Shown: positions 23,474 through 34,954 of the stretch, one piece after another | Position numbering within the stretch: the stretch's first letter is position 1 | Layout of the letters: each line of letters starts with the position of its first letter | DNA from: Octopus bimaculoides | Taxonomy: Eukaryota | Length of the DNA: 59,593 nucleotides | Direction: 5' to 3' | Assembly (NCBI RefSeq): GCF_001194135.2 | Contig: NC_069008.1 | Span: 13,080,158-13,139,750, forward strand | Translations under genes and position numbers: made by a program | Notes under the pieces: model-generated | What the model was told of the DNA's origin: nothing | Databases searched by the model: none | Seen by the model: only the letters and a program-made list of their open reading frames with translations

Positions 23474-25106
23474 TCTTTTACCCAGCAGTGGGAAAGTAAT
23501 AACTATTTTCACTGATTGACTGTATGATACAACTAATATTAAATATGTAGCCTTCATTATACTGAAGTATAGTGATGAATGAATCGCGATGGAACTAAAT
23601 ACAGAAAGTTGTACATTTCTTAAAGTAAGTAAAACAAGAATTGGGGAAAAATCATCTATACGAAGGACCATATGTATGTTATTGTTAACATAACTTATGT
23701 GTGAAATATTTAAAAGTTAATAAATATTGCAGTGAGAAAAAATTATAGTCAAATACCATTATGTGTTTTATTTTGTGTTTTCCATATCGGTATGGGAAGC
23801 ACAAATATTAAATTCACAAAGAAATATAAATAATTATTTTAGCCAGCAGTGGGAATGTAGCCTTCACTATACTTACTGAAGTATGGCGATGATTATGTAG
23901 AACTACAAAAGTGTGACTCTCTGACTTTGTTTCTCCATAACTTCAAATCGCACGTTTTTTAACAATTTTTTGTTTTCAGTGATCCATTTGGTCAAACTAA
24001 AGCGTTTGACCCGGTGACAAAACTAAAAAAGAATTAGTCTAATAGGTGTAAAACAACTTGCTAGGAACGAATATGAAGAAAAGATAAAATTGTGAAATCT
24101 AAATTTTTCATGAAGCTTCAAATAATTCCCCTCCTCTCCCCGATTCTGATTCCTCATAGCTTGCTTTAAAATGCATATTTTTTAACGAAATTTTTCAGAT
24201 ACGTTGCAGATAATCTAGACTGCGATTATATTGAGAGAAAAATTGTAAAAAAAACAAAAACATTTTCAAACAGTTTCGGATAATCCTCCCAGCTGATCCT
24301 GTTTGCTTGTAACTTTCTTTAAAATGTTTTTGTTTTCTTTTTTTTTTTTCATTAAATTTTCCAGAGATTACTTTTAAATGATGCAGAATACGATTATGCG
24401 AGGAGGGAAATAATCAGAAAAAATATTTTGCAGGAATAATTCTTTTTTGGAACAATGGATCTCGAAACACAAGGCGGCGAACTGGCAGAATCGTTAGCAC
24501 GCCGGGCAACATGCTTAGCGGCATTTCGCCCGTTTCTACGTTCTGAGTTCAAATTCCACCGGGGTCTACTTTGCCTTTTATCCTTTCGAGGTTGATAAAA
24601 TGGGTGTCAGNNNNNNNNNNNNNNNNNNNNNNNNNNNNNNNNNNNNNNNNNNNNNNNNNNNNNNNNNNNNNNNNNNNNNNNNNNNNNNNNNNNNNNNNNN
24701 NNNNNNNNNNNNNNNNNNNNNNNNNNNNNNNNNNNNNNNNNNNNNNNNNNNNNNNNNNNNNNNNNNNNNNNNNNNNNNNNNNNNNNNNNNNNNNNNNNNN
24801 NNNNNNNNNNNNNNNNNNNNNNNNNNNNNNNNNNNNNNNNNNNNNNNNNNNNNNNNNNNNNNNNNNNNNNNNNNNNNNNNNNNNAAAACAAAAACATTTT
24901 CAAACAGTTTCGGATAATCCTCCCAGCTGATCCTGTTTGCTTGTAACTTTCTTTAAAATGTTTTTGTTTTCTTTTTTTTTTTTTCATTAAATTTTCCAGA
25001 GATTACTTTTAAATGATGCAGAATACGATTATGCGAGGAGGGAAATAATCAGAAAAAATATTTTGCAGGAATAATTCTTTTTTGGAACAATGGATCTCGA
25101 AACACA

Positions 25107-25320
25107 AGGCGGCGAACTGGCAGAATCGTTAGCACGCCGGGCAACATGCTTAGCGGCATTTCGCCCGTTTCTACGTTCTGAGTTCAAATTCCACCGGGGT
25201 CTACTTTGCCTTTTATCCTTTCGAGGTTGATAAAATGGGTGTCAGTTGAGCACTGGGATCGATGTAATCGACTTACTCCTTCTCCCAAGCTTGCTGGCCT
25301 TGTGCCAAAGTTTGAGACTA
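25107..25320 (+). mobile_element. SINE-D (its 5' part is duplicated at 24472-24610 across an N gap)
   Basis: ggcggcgaactggcagaatcgttagcacgccggg...gccttgtgccaaagtttgag. Confidence 0.8.
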
Positions 25321-25419
25321 ATATTTATAGTTTTATGTGTTTCGAGATTCACTGTTCCAAAAAACATTTAGTTCACATTCTCTCGAAATTTTATAAATCC
25401 TTGTGATGTTTTACAGGAT

Positions 25420-25615
25420 TACTGTCCATACTGGAGCACCGCCCTAAAGGGTTTTTAGTTGAAATCAATCCGAGGACCAATTATTTGTAATCCTAGTACT
25501 TATTCTATTGGTCTGTTTTGCCGAACTGCTAAGTTACATGGACATAAACACACCAACTTCAGTTGTCAAGCAATGGTGGGCGGGGGGACAAACACAGACA
25601 CAAAGACACTGTAAA
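25420..25615 (-). mobile_element. SINE-C 3' part
   Basis: ctggagcaccgcc...tattctattggtctgttttgccgaactgctaagttac. Confidence 0.7.
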
Positions 25616-25731
25616 TTCGGCACCGTATAAAAAAACAAAAACATTTGTACCGAAAGCATATAGAAAGTTTGTTTACATAAAAACAAACACGACCTATCAT
25701 AGTTTTTAAATTTGACAGAAATGGAGAGGCT

Positions 25732-25803
25732 GATTCGCTGGTGTAAAGGTAGCACACTTAGTCGCATTAACAAAGGGATGTGGGTTCAACTCCCATGCAG
25801 ACA
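25732..25803 (+). other. Degenerate tRNA-like sequence (pseudogene or head of an unrecognised SINE)
   Basis: D-arm gtgt-aaaggta-gcac and T-arm gtggg-ttcaact-cccat fold; the acceptor and anticodon stems do not. Confidence 0.45.
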
Positions 25804-26263
25804 GGAAAGCCTTCTTTTTTCTGTCGAGGGCTTATATGCCCCTTTATTAGACTATTTTCCTTAGACATTGCACGGTGATCGCCATAAGCTTTAAGCTTAT
25901 TTAAAAATACCACTATTATTATTTACAGAATTGTAAACTCAGCACTGCATAAAGTACCATTTTCACCAAAAAAAAAAAACTATATATATATATACATACA
26001 TAGAGAGGGCTTCTTTCAGTTTCTATTTACCAAATCCACTCACAAGGTTTTGGTCGGCCCTAGGCAATTGTAGAAGACACTGTCCCAAGGTGCCATGTTT
26101 GATGGGCTTCTTTCAGTTTCTGTTTACTGTATCTACTTACAAGGCTTTGGTCAACTAGAAGTCATGTAGGGTTCATGCAATTTGTGTAAATTAAAAAAAA
26201 AAGTGTTGAGGTAATAGTTTATCAGTATATAAATGTAGCAACCTGTGTATCTTATACTATTTA

Positions 26264-26276
26264 TTTATAATTTCAG
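26264..26276 (+). promoter_or_regulatory. Splice acceptor of the ZNF-4 coding exon
   Basis: tttataatttcag|attggctgatggcactggtatc...tttacatcag, homologous to the ZNF-2, ZNF-3 and ZNF-6 acceptors. Confidence 0.6.
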
Positions 26277-26683
26277 ATTGGCTGATGGCACTGGTATCAA
26301 AGAATCATTTACATCAGACAAATCATGTAAAGAGGACAGCATAATATTGAAGCAGAAATAACCTTGTGTGTATAAATCCATCGGAGAATTTATGTGAAAT
26401 GTTGCTTCTTAAGATAAGAAAAGCAAAAAAATCTTTACTTTCAGCGTCTAAAATATTACAAAATGAGTTTGCATACCGCTCCTAACTAAGAACATTTGGA
26501 TAATTTGACAAAGGCTCTTGCATCATCTTCAGATATCAATGGCAAATTGGTGTTGACGAAAAAATATAGCAGTAGAAATATATATATATATATAAAGAAC
26601 AAATTATATAAACAAAAACGAGAAGGAAGATATTTGTATCATGAATTTGTGAGGAAGATAAAGGACTGAGTTTAACTGAAAAG

Positions 26684-27967
26684 ATGTCAGATGAGGCTGG
26701 AGAATCATCATATGACTGTGATATCTGTAAAAAGTCATTCTCTCAAAAAGGTAACCTTGTTAAGCACAAACGTATTCATACAGGAGAGAAGCCATATCGC
26801 TGTGATATCTGTGGTAAGTCCTTCTCAGGAAGTAGTGACTTAACTAAGCACAAGCATATTCATACCGGAGAGAAGCCTTATCAGTGTGATGTCTGTGGCA
26901 AATCATACACTCAGAAAGGTAACCTAAGTACACACAAACGAGTTCATACAGGTGAGAGACCATACAACTGTGATGTCTGTGGTAAATCATTCTCTCTCAA
27001 TCACCACCTGATTGAGCACAAACGCATTCATACAGGAGAGAGACCGTATCATTGCAGTAACTGTGGTAAGTCCTTCACTCAAAGTGGGAAATTAACTACA
27101 CACAAATGCTTTCGTGCAGGAGAGAAGCCATATCATTGTGACATGTGTGGCAAATCGTTTGCTCGTATAAGTACCTTGAGTAAACACAAGTGTACACATA
27201 CAGAAGAGAAGCCATATCATTGTGATATCTGTGGTAAATCATTCTCTCGAAATGATAAAGTAACTTTGCATAAACGTGTTCATACAGGCGAGAAGCCATA
27301 TCACTGTGGAGTCTGTGGCAAATCATTCTCTGGAAGTAGTAACTTGACTAAACATAAGCGTTTTCATACAGGAGAGAAACCATATAGTTGTGACATCTGC
27401 GATAAAGTGTTCTCTCAAAGTAGTGACTTGAGCACACATAAGCGTATTCACACAGGAGAGAAACCATATCACTGTAATATCTGTGACAAATCATTCTCTG
27501 GAAGTAGTAACTTAAGTAGGCACATACGCATTCATACAGGAGAGAAGCCGTATGATTGCGATATCTGTGGTAAATTATTCTCTCGAAACGGAGACTTAAC
27601 AAAACACAAACGTATTCATAGAGGAGAAAAACCATACAGCTGTGATATTTGTGGTAAATCATTTTCTTGTAGCAGTGATTTAACTAAACACAAACGAATC
27701 CATACAGGAGAAAAACCATATAACTGTGATATCTGTGACAAATCATTTTCTGGAAGTAGCAATTTGAATAAACACAAACGTATTCATACAGGAGAAAAAC
27801 CACATCACTGTGATATCTGTGGTAAATCATTCTCTGGAAGCAGTAATTTAACTATACACCAACGTATTCATACAGGAGAAAAACCATATCACTGTGATAT
27901 CTGTGACAAATCCTTTTCAAAAAGTAGTAACTTAATTGCACATGTAGCTATTCATACAGAAAAGTAA
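26684..27967 (+). CDS. ZNF-4: C2H2 zinc-finger protein, 427 aa, 15 fingers (finger 5 lacks the last His)
   Basis: [18 protein letters not shown]...HVAIHTEK*; recurrent GSSN/GSSD recognition helices. Confidence 0.92.
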   Translation: MSDEAGESSYDCDICKKSFSQKGNLVKHKRIHTGEKPYRCDICGKSFSGSSDLTKHKHIHTGEKPYQCDVCGKSYTQKGNLSTHKRVHTGERPYNCDVCGKSFSLNHHLIEHKRIHTGERPYHCSNCGKSFTQSGKLTTHKCFRAGEKPYHCDMCGKSFARISTLSKHKCTHTEEKPYHCDICGKSFSRNDKVTLHKRVHTGEKPYHCGVCGKSFSGSSNLTKHKRFHTGEKPYSCDICDKVFSQSSDLSTHKRIHTGEKPYHCNICDKSFSGSSNLSRHIRIHTGEKPYDCDICGKLFSRNGDLTKHKRIHRGEKPYSCDICGKSFSCSSDLTKHKRIHTGEKPYNCDICDKSFSGSSNLNKHKRIHTGEKPHHCDICGKSFSGSSNLTIHQRIHTGEKPYHCDICDKSFSKSSNLIAHVAIHTEK

Positions 27968-28974
27968 CTGTATCCGTATCAAACTTAATTACATCATACA
28001 ATTAACCTTTCAAAATGTTTCCTCCTGCTAAAATGGGGACTTAACCTTTTGGGCTTAAGAAATTTATCATACTTATCAAGCTTCTCTTTTTGGGATTGTT
28101 TTACAATCATTTTACCTAGCCTGACATGTTTAGTTGTCTTTTAAGACACACAGGAATATATACAGTTTGTTAAAGCTTTTTCCTTTGAGAAAAATATCAT
28201 AAGTAACCATAAATGTATTCACACACAAAATGATGTATAACAGTGTGTGGAAACACTTCCGAAAACTATTTTATGTATATATTTATATATATAAAAGTCA
28301 TAAATGACAGAGAAATATTAAGATCAACTTTTATTTAATTAAAGAAAAAGCCAGATATCATGGCAAATTTCTTTCGTTACTCAAAAACATGCAAATAACT
28401 TATATTACCATATTTAATAATTAATAAATTACTTACATATCTGCATTATTGCAAAATGCAAACAATTTGTTCAAAATAATGCAGAATTTGAACTGTGTCG
28501 TCAGGTGAAAGAAAGTCTTTACAAATTTGTCTTGATATGTGGATTTTTCTTTTGTTAAATAAAAGTTCATATCTTGTATATTACTGTATATCCTATATAC
28601 CCCTTCAAAAATACCTCATGCTCGAATGAGAACTGTGTGTTGTGTAACGTTAACCCTCACCCCTGTATTAACCCTCTATGTACCCACGTTTCACTAGTCA
28701 CTACATTCCCCACCCCAGCACTCTTTGCATTCATGTATAGTCCCTACTCCCTACTCCTGCACGTTTGGCAATACTCTACCATCCCATTTATACTCTGATC
28801 ACCGCACCTTTAGGGTATCTCCTGGCACTTCGATACTCTCTTCCTCTCACGTGTCTACTCTACAGCAAGACACCTGTTTTTTTATCCCTCTGTCACACTA
28901 ATCCTCTCATAACCTGGCACAAAGCCACCTCCTCTAATGCTCCCCTACTCCCAAGGCTCTTTGTTTTGCAAGTT

Positions 28975-29790
28975 ACTTGGTGACCCAGCCAGTGCTGGTG
29001 CACCCATTGTGGTTGGTATCTGGAAGGGCACCCAGCCGTAAGGACTATGCCAAAACAGGCCTCACCAATGCTGTTGCCATGTAAAAAGCACTTTAGGTGA
29101 TTGGTGTTAGGAAGGACATCCAGCCATAAATCTGCCAAAACAGACAGTGAAACCTGGCCAGTAGGGTGAAGTGAAAGTAAAGGCTAAAATGTTGCTATAT
29201 TTGATTGCGAGAAAAATGCTAAATTTTCACTGAGATCAATTGAGGACATTTACTCCCTAAACTCCTAAAAGGGGATATTTTTGTAAATTTTTTACAATAG
29301 CAGAGTTTGGAGGGAGTAAATGCCCTTGATTGCTCTCAGCGAAAATTTAGTATTTTTCTAGTAATCAAATATAGCAACATTTTAGCCCTCGGGCATTTTT
29401 TTATTTTCACTCCACCCTATATACCTGTGTGTGCAGGTATATAGATTGTGTAATCTAGGATGGAGTGAAGATAAACAATTGAGGAAGCTGAAAATGCCTG
29501 AAGCCTAAAATCTTGCTCTATCTTATCACTAGAAGAATGCTAAATTTTCGCTTAGATCAGTTAAGGGCATTTACCCCCCCCCAAAGTCCGCTATTTAAAA
29601 AAATTTACAAACATACCCCATTTTTGGAGTTTAGGGGGCTTGAGGGAGTAAATGCCCGTGGTTGGTCTCAGCGAAAATTTAGCATTTTTCTAGTAATCAA
29701 ATATAGTAACATTTTAGCCCTCGGGCATTTTTTATTTTCACTCCACCCTACTGGCCAGCCTCTGTCAGACCGTCCAACTCATGATGACGA
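28975..29790 (+). mobile_element. Old RTE-type tail interrupted by the MITE dimer at 29162-29750
   Basis: gtaaaaagcac...ggtgttaggaaggacatccagcc...gaaacctggccag [insert] ctggccagcctctgtcagaccgtccaac. Confidence 0.6.
29162..29750. mobile_element. Dimer of a palindromic hAT-like MITE flanked by one 8-bp TSD (CTGGCCAG)
   Basis: Copies at 29162-29419 and 29456-29750, each TAGG...CACCCTA with long TIRs. Their central segments are in opposite orientation. CTGGCCAG occurs at 29154-29161 and 29751-29758. Confidence 0.7.
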
Positions 29791-29799
29791 CATATTTTT

Positions 29800-30125
29800 C
29801 TACTACTTCCTCTCCATTATTTTACTTTTGTTTTATTCTTTTGCTTATTTCAGTTATTGTGGCCATGCTGGAGCATCTTATTTTTTTTATAAACCTAGTA
29901 CTTATTCTATCAGTCTCTTACGCCAAACTGCAAAGTACGTAGACACATACACAAATATATACATATATACACGACAGGCTTCTTTCAGTTTCCATCTACA
30001 AAACCCACTCACAAGACTTTGGTTGGCCCAAGATTATAGTAGAAGACACTTGCCCAGTGCCACACAGTGGCACTGAACCTGGAAACATGGTTGGGAAGCA
30101 AGCTTCTTACCACATAGCCATGCCT
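29800..30125 (-). mobile_element. SINE-C
   Basis: Reverse-complement head (ggcatggctatgtggtaagaagcttgcttccc) and tail present. Confidence 0.8.
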
Positions 30126-30412
30126 TCTTAATAATTATAATCATTTACCCACTCACCCCACACACCAGATAAAAATATTTCATTGTTTATACAGTCTGCT
30201 CAACCACCTGAATATAATGGCCATTTAAATTTCAACCCAGTTTAGATCCAATATTTATAAAGTGTTTATGTATATATTTTTTATATATCTAGCTATATTA
30301 TACCAATTATTACATATTTCTAAACACTATCTTAACTAATGCAAACCAATATTATTTTTGTATTTTCTATTAGTTCAACTTACATATTTAGTGTCCATTT
30401 ATAATACTAATG

Positions 30413-30570
30413 AAGGTGCATGGCTCAATCGTTAAGAGTGTTGATCTTACGATCGTGAGGTTGTGAGTTTGATTCCTAGACTGAGCTGTGTGTTGTGTTC
30501 TTGAGCAAGACACTTTATTCCCTGTGGCTCCAGTTCACTTAGCTGTAGAAATGAGTTGCAACACGTTGGC
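30413..30570 (+). mobile_element. SINE-E head plus CORE-like domain (3' truncated)
   Basis: gaaggtgcatggctcaatcgttaag...tgttgtgttcttgagcaagacacttt...cagttcacttagctgtagaaatgag. Confidence 0.75.
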
Positions 30571-30574
30571 CTTG

Positions 30575-31790
30575 TTAACTATTGTACAACCCATCAACTC
30601 CCTAAGAAATGCTAATCTCAATGCCGCCACTAATAATGAACCTAACGTGGGTCCCTCACCAAATAACAATCCCTTCACAAATTCATCCAGAACACCCCCT
30701 ACAAACCTATGCAGCTTCAGACGTCTAACCTCCTGTCCTTTAGGTAATTGCTGTCTCACAAAAAACAAGTGTACAGTATCAGCTGCTAACTTTAACAACA
30801 TATATATCACTTCATGAGTGGAGGCGCAATGGCCCAGTGGTTAGGGCAGTGGACTCGCGGTCATAGGATTGCGGTTTCGATTCCCAGACTGGGCGTTGTG
30901 TGTATTCATTGAGCGAAAACACCTAAAGCTCCACGAGGCTCCGGCAGGGGATGGTGGCGAACCCTGCTGTACTCTTTCACCACAACTTTCTCTCACTCTT
31001 ACTTCCTGTTTCTGTTGTACCTGTAATTCAAAGGGGTCAGCCTTGTCACACTGTGTCACGCTGAATATTCCCGAGAACTACGTTAAGGGTACACGTGTCT
31101 GTGGAGTGCTCAGCCACTTGCACGTTAATTTCATGAGCAGACTGTTCCGTTGATTGGATCAACTGGAACCCTCTTCGTTGTAAGCGACGGAGTGCCTACA
31201 GCATATCACTTCATGCAGCACCACCCCCTCAAGCAAGTAAACACTATGCCAGTTTCATGTCCCAAACAAAATCCAACAGTACATTTCTATCTCAGCTTAT
31301 CCATTAGCTAAAGAATGATTCAACTCCAGACATTCTCAAGTGGTCCATGGTCACTTATGCCAAACCATACAACGGCTATAATATCAAGTGTGATCTCTTC
31401 ATAGCTGAGGTCTTAGCTATTATGCAATCCACAGATTATGTTAACGAACGCAGTAGTATAATTTTTCACTTGCAAACATCAATCAATAAATCTATTCTCA
31501 AAACACAAATAACAACAAACCCCACCTACCGCATCTTTTCCCCTAAACTTAAACTTTTCTCCCCTATTTACCCTCACTACCACTATATATTAAACCACTA
31601 ATATATTCCCATTAATTTCCCTATAATTCCTTATTGTTGTTTATATAGTTTCTATCTTTCCTTACCATTTATAATTTTTCTTCTCTTATTTCACCTGCTT
31701 TCCCTCCTCCTACCCCACTTTGTAAACTTACAAGTACATACACCTCTACTACTTCATACTGTAAACTTTCTCGCCACACATACATTCTTT
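30575..31790 (+). mobile_element. Decayed Penelope-like element, GIY-YIG endonuclease remnant and C-rich 3' region
   Basis: CSFRRLTSCPLGNCCLTKN...NSTFLSQLIH*LKNDSTPDILKWSMVTYAKPYNGYNIKCDLFIAE aligns by eye with 48129-48584; interrupted by SINE-A. Confidence 0.7.
30817..31202 (+). mobile_element. SINE-A, full length, 13-bp TSD ATATCACTTCATG
   Basis: TSD at 30804-30816 and 31203-31215. Confidence 0.93.
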
Positions 31791-31853
31791 AATTAATAGT
31801 AGTAGTTGCTACAATTCTTCTCCATTCTCTTGATGTCCATTTCTCATATTATG

Positions 31854-32117
31854 TGGCTCTTGTGCGGGTGGCATGTAAAATACACCATTTTGAGCATGGC
31901 CGTTGCCAGTATCGCCTGACTGGCCTTCGTGCTGGTGGCACGTAAAAGCACCCACTACACTCTCGGAGTGGTTGGCGTTAGGAAGGGCATCCAGCTGTAG
32001 AAACTCTGCCAAATCAGATTGGAGCCTGGTGTAGCCATCCGGTTTCACCAGTCCTCAGTCAAATCGTCCAACCCATGCTAGCATGGAAAGCGGACGTTAA
32101 ATGATGATGATGATGAT
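31854..32117 (+). mobile_element. RTE-LINE 3' tail
   Basis: Conserved tail ending in (ATG)n. Confidence 0.85.
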
Positions 32118-32224
32118 ATATATATATATATGTGGGAGAATGTACGAAAAAACAACAACAGACGAGGACAGGTGGTGTAAATAACAAAAGGATGTATTAG
32201 TATGACGCTCGGGAATACGGAAAG

Positions 32225-32261
32225 TCTTTGACGTTTCGAGCTACGCTCTTCAACAGAAAGA
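32225..32261 (-). ncRNA. Minimal type I hammerhead-like ribozyme with atypical core, in a probable Penelope pLTR fragment (~32125-32330)
   Basis: Minus strand tcttt-CTGTTGA-a-gagc-gta-gctc-GAAAC-GT-C-aaaga: stem I 5 bp, stem II 4 bp, palindromic stem III, GUC site. Core position 6 is U instead of A. Confidence 0.55.
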
Positions 32262-32728
32262 ATACGGAGACAAGGAGAAAAACATGGAGAAAAAAAATTG
32301 AATAGTGTTCAGTCAACGGTCAATCATAATATATATGTATGTGTGTATGTAAATATGAAACAGTGAGAATAAGTGCTCAGCACTTTCTTTGAATTTTTAT
32401 CCACCAAGATTCCCACCTCACTCAATTTCTTGTTTTGTTTGTGAGACTTGCGAATTCCTGTGGTTTTTATGCTTTAATCCAAAACGGAGACAAACCATTG
32501 TAGTACTGGGTACTACAATGAAGCAGTGGCCAGGGCTGGGTATACAGGGGAGATTGTATACATACTACTTTTGGATACCTCCCAACACTGAGTTAAATAA
32601 CCATGTGCATATGATGCTAGGCAGCCCGGTTTTACGTCCTCACAGATATAGGATAGGTACACAACACTCCACAAACATGGTTACTAAGGAATTAGACCAT
32701 AAAGAAAATCTTTTGTGCAAATGCCCTA

Positions 32729-32996
32729 CATCATCATCATCGTTTAACGTCAGCTTTCCATGCTAGCATTGGTTGGATGATTTGACTGAGGACTGGTGAA
32801 ACCAGATGGCTACACCAGGCTCCAATCTGATTTGGCAGTGTTTCTACAGCTGGATGCCCTTCCTAACGCCAACCACTCAGAGTGTGTAGTGGGTGCTTTT
32901 ACGTGCCACCGGCACGAAGGCCAGTCAGGAGGTACTGGCAACGGCCACGCTCGAAATGGTGTATTTTATGTGCCACCCGCACAGGAGCCAGTCCAG
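32729..32996 (-). mobile_element. RTE-LINE 3' tail
   Basis: Reverse complement of the tail at 31854-32117. Confidence 0.85.
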
Positions 32997-33119
32997 ATCT
33001 ATGAGAAAACTCGATACCAGTAAGGAAGGTATTGTGGGATGCTTTGTTCAACAGCATAGAAAGCGGAATAACTGAGCATGCGAGTGGAATATAAAGTTGA
33101 GCCCTCCTTTTCCATTGAA

Positions 33120-33330
33120 CATTGCATCCAACCTATCTGGCATTTTCTTTAGCACACTAGACCAGTACCTTCCTCCCACAAGCACAACATGACACTGCTA
33201 CACATACTATCGACCCCGTCCCCACAAGAGTTCAACATTAATAATACACACTTTCCAAACTTCAAGACAACCTTGCCAGCTTCACAGTATACCCAATCAA
33301 GAAACATAACCCCTAAATTAATCCCCTGGC
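33120..33330 (+). mobile_element. Possible decayed Penelope post-RT fragment
   Basis: NLSGIFFSTLDQYLPP...PNFKTTL resembles NLAKSFFKILDSNFP...PNFESII at 47679-47810. Confidence 0.35.
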
Positions 33331-33624
33331 CCCTTTTTCATTCCTCTACTTTTTTCACAACAGTTGCTGACCGGTTGTGCAAATCCTTTTCCAACGATAG
33401 AGAGCAGTCGCCACATTCCCTTCCATATCAGCTCTGATGTCCGTAAAGTTATACAAGCAGTTTGTTACCTAACACTCCATTGAATTCTTTATGTGGAACT
33501 GATTGGTAAGATCAGCCTCAGCCGTGATGGTCTTTTAATACCATACATTTCAGATAATATACCCATTCTACTGACAGATATACGTGTGAATCTTTTCTCT
33601 GACTTATGATCTCTTAGATGACTC

Positions 33625-33654
<30 letters not shown>

Positions 33655-33659
<5 letters not shown>

Positions 33660-34903
33660 TTTAACTTTCATTGTCCATGCTAGCATGGGTTGGATGAATT
33701 AGCCAGTGCTGGAAGGCTGCACCAGGCTCCAGTCTGATTTGGCATGGTTTTCTATGGCTGGATAACCTTCCTTACACCAAGCACTCTCAGAGTGTAATAA
33801 GTACATTTACGTGCCACCGGCACAGGTGCCGTTTGCATGACACCAGTATCTGCTGTGACTGCGATTTTACTTGGTTTGGTGGGTGTTCTCAAGCATGACT
33901 GCCAAAAGTCTCAATCATTGCCTCTGTGAGGCCCAATGCTTGAAAGAAACTCAGCCACTTTACCTCTGTGAGGCCCCATGGAAATTGGCCACAGGCCTTA
34001 GAGCTAATCTAGCAAAGACCAAAGTCTTAGTAAATAGGAAGGCCAACAAATCACAATTCCCTTCAGGTAGATGGCCCTGCTTAAGCTGTAGAAAAGGCGT
34101 AGGTAGAAACAACATAAGATGCACACAGTGTAAGCTTTGGAAACAAAAGGTGCAGCAATATCTGAAGAAGGGTAATAGGGAAACTAGCTTTTGTATATGG
34201 CAGATGCACAGGTACAATAAACAATATAAACGGACACCCATCAAATGCTGGCGGGGGTGCACCTAGCTTCCGTTATATAGGTGACCAAGTTAGAAGTGAG
34301 AATAAGATAGGCTGGGCAAAGTTCAGTGAGCTCCTACCTCTGCTGGCAACAAAGGGCCTCTTACTCTCAGAGTGAAAGGCAGACTTTATGATGTATCTGT
34401 GCAAACAGCTACGCTACAGCAGTGAAACATGGGCTGTGACATAAGGACATGCATACACTTGAAAGAAATGAAGCCAGTATGCTCCACTGGATGTGCAATG
34501 CCAGTGTGCATGTCCAACAGAGTGTAAGCATCTTGAGAGAAAAGTTAGGCATAAGACATCAGATGTGGTATGCAAGAGAGACGACTGTGCTGGTATGGTC
34601 ATGTGATGCATATGGACAAGGACAGCTATGTAAAGAAGTGCCAATTTCTAACTGGGCGGAACCTGTGGTAAAGGTAGACTCAGGAAGACATGGGACAAAG
34701 TGGTGAAGCATGATCTTCAACCTTTGAGCTTTACAGAGGCAATGACTAGTGACCAAGTCATTTGGCGATATGCTGTGAAGACAAGTCAAGCCAAGTGAAA
34801 TTGTAGTCATGGCTGATGTTTGTGTCATGTAACTGGCACGTAAAGTGCTGCTGGAGCATTGGGCCTCACAGAGACAAAAGTGGCTGAGTTCCTTTCAAGC
34901 AGT

Positions 34904-34905
<2 letters not shown>
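33655..34905. mobile_element. RTE-clade LINE remnant with 5' inversion: ORF C-terminus on + (33976-34860) and complete 3' tail on - (33655-33975)
   Basis: GLRANLAKTKVL...GRWPCLSCRKGVGRNNIRCTQCKLW (PHD-like insert) and fragments FRYIGD, WAKFSELLPLL, SETWAV, LERNEASMLHWMC, WYGHVMHM, GRLRKTWDKVVKHD across frameshifts. Both ends lie in (TA)n. Confidence 0.8.
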
Positions 34906-34941
<36 letters not shown>

Positions 34942-34954
34942 TTGGAAATGACAT

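Noticed and set aside
24250-25245. Exact 361-bp direct duplication (24250-24610 vs 24885-25245)
   Set aside because: Identical copies flank an N gap; typical unmerged contig overlap.
1875-27662. Many minus-strand ORFs of the type MIYHRYH...MVSLLYE
   Set aside because: Antisense shadows of the C2H2 repeats.
15505-33023. Recurrent ORF MKPDGYTRLQSDLAEFLQLDALP (15505, 31809, 32796)
   Set aside because: Antisense reading of the RTE 3' tail; recurrence reflects repeat copies, not a gene.
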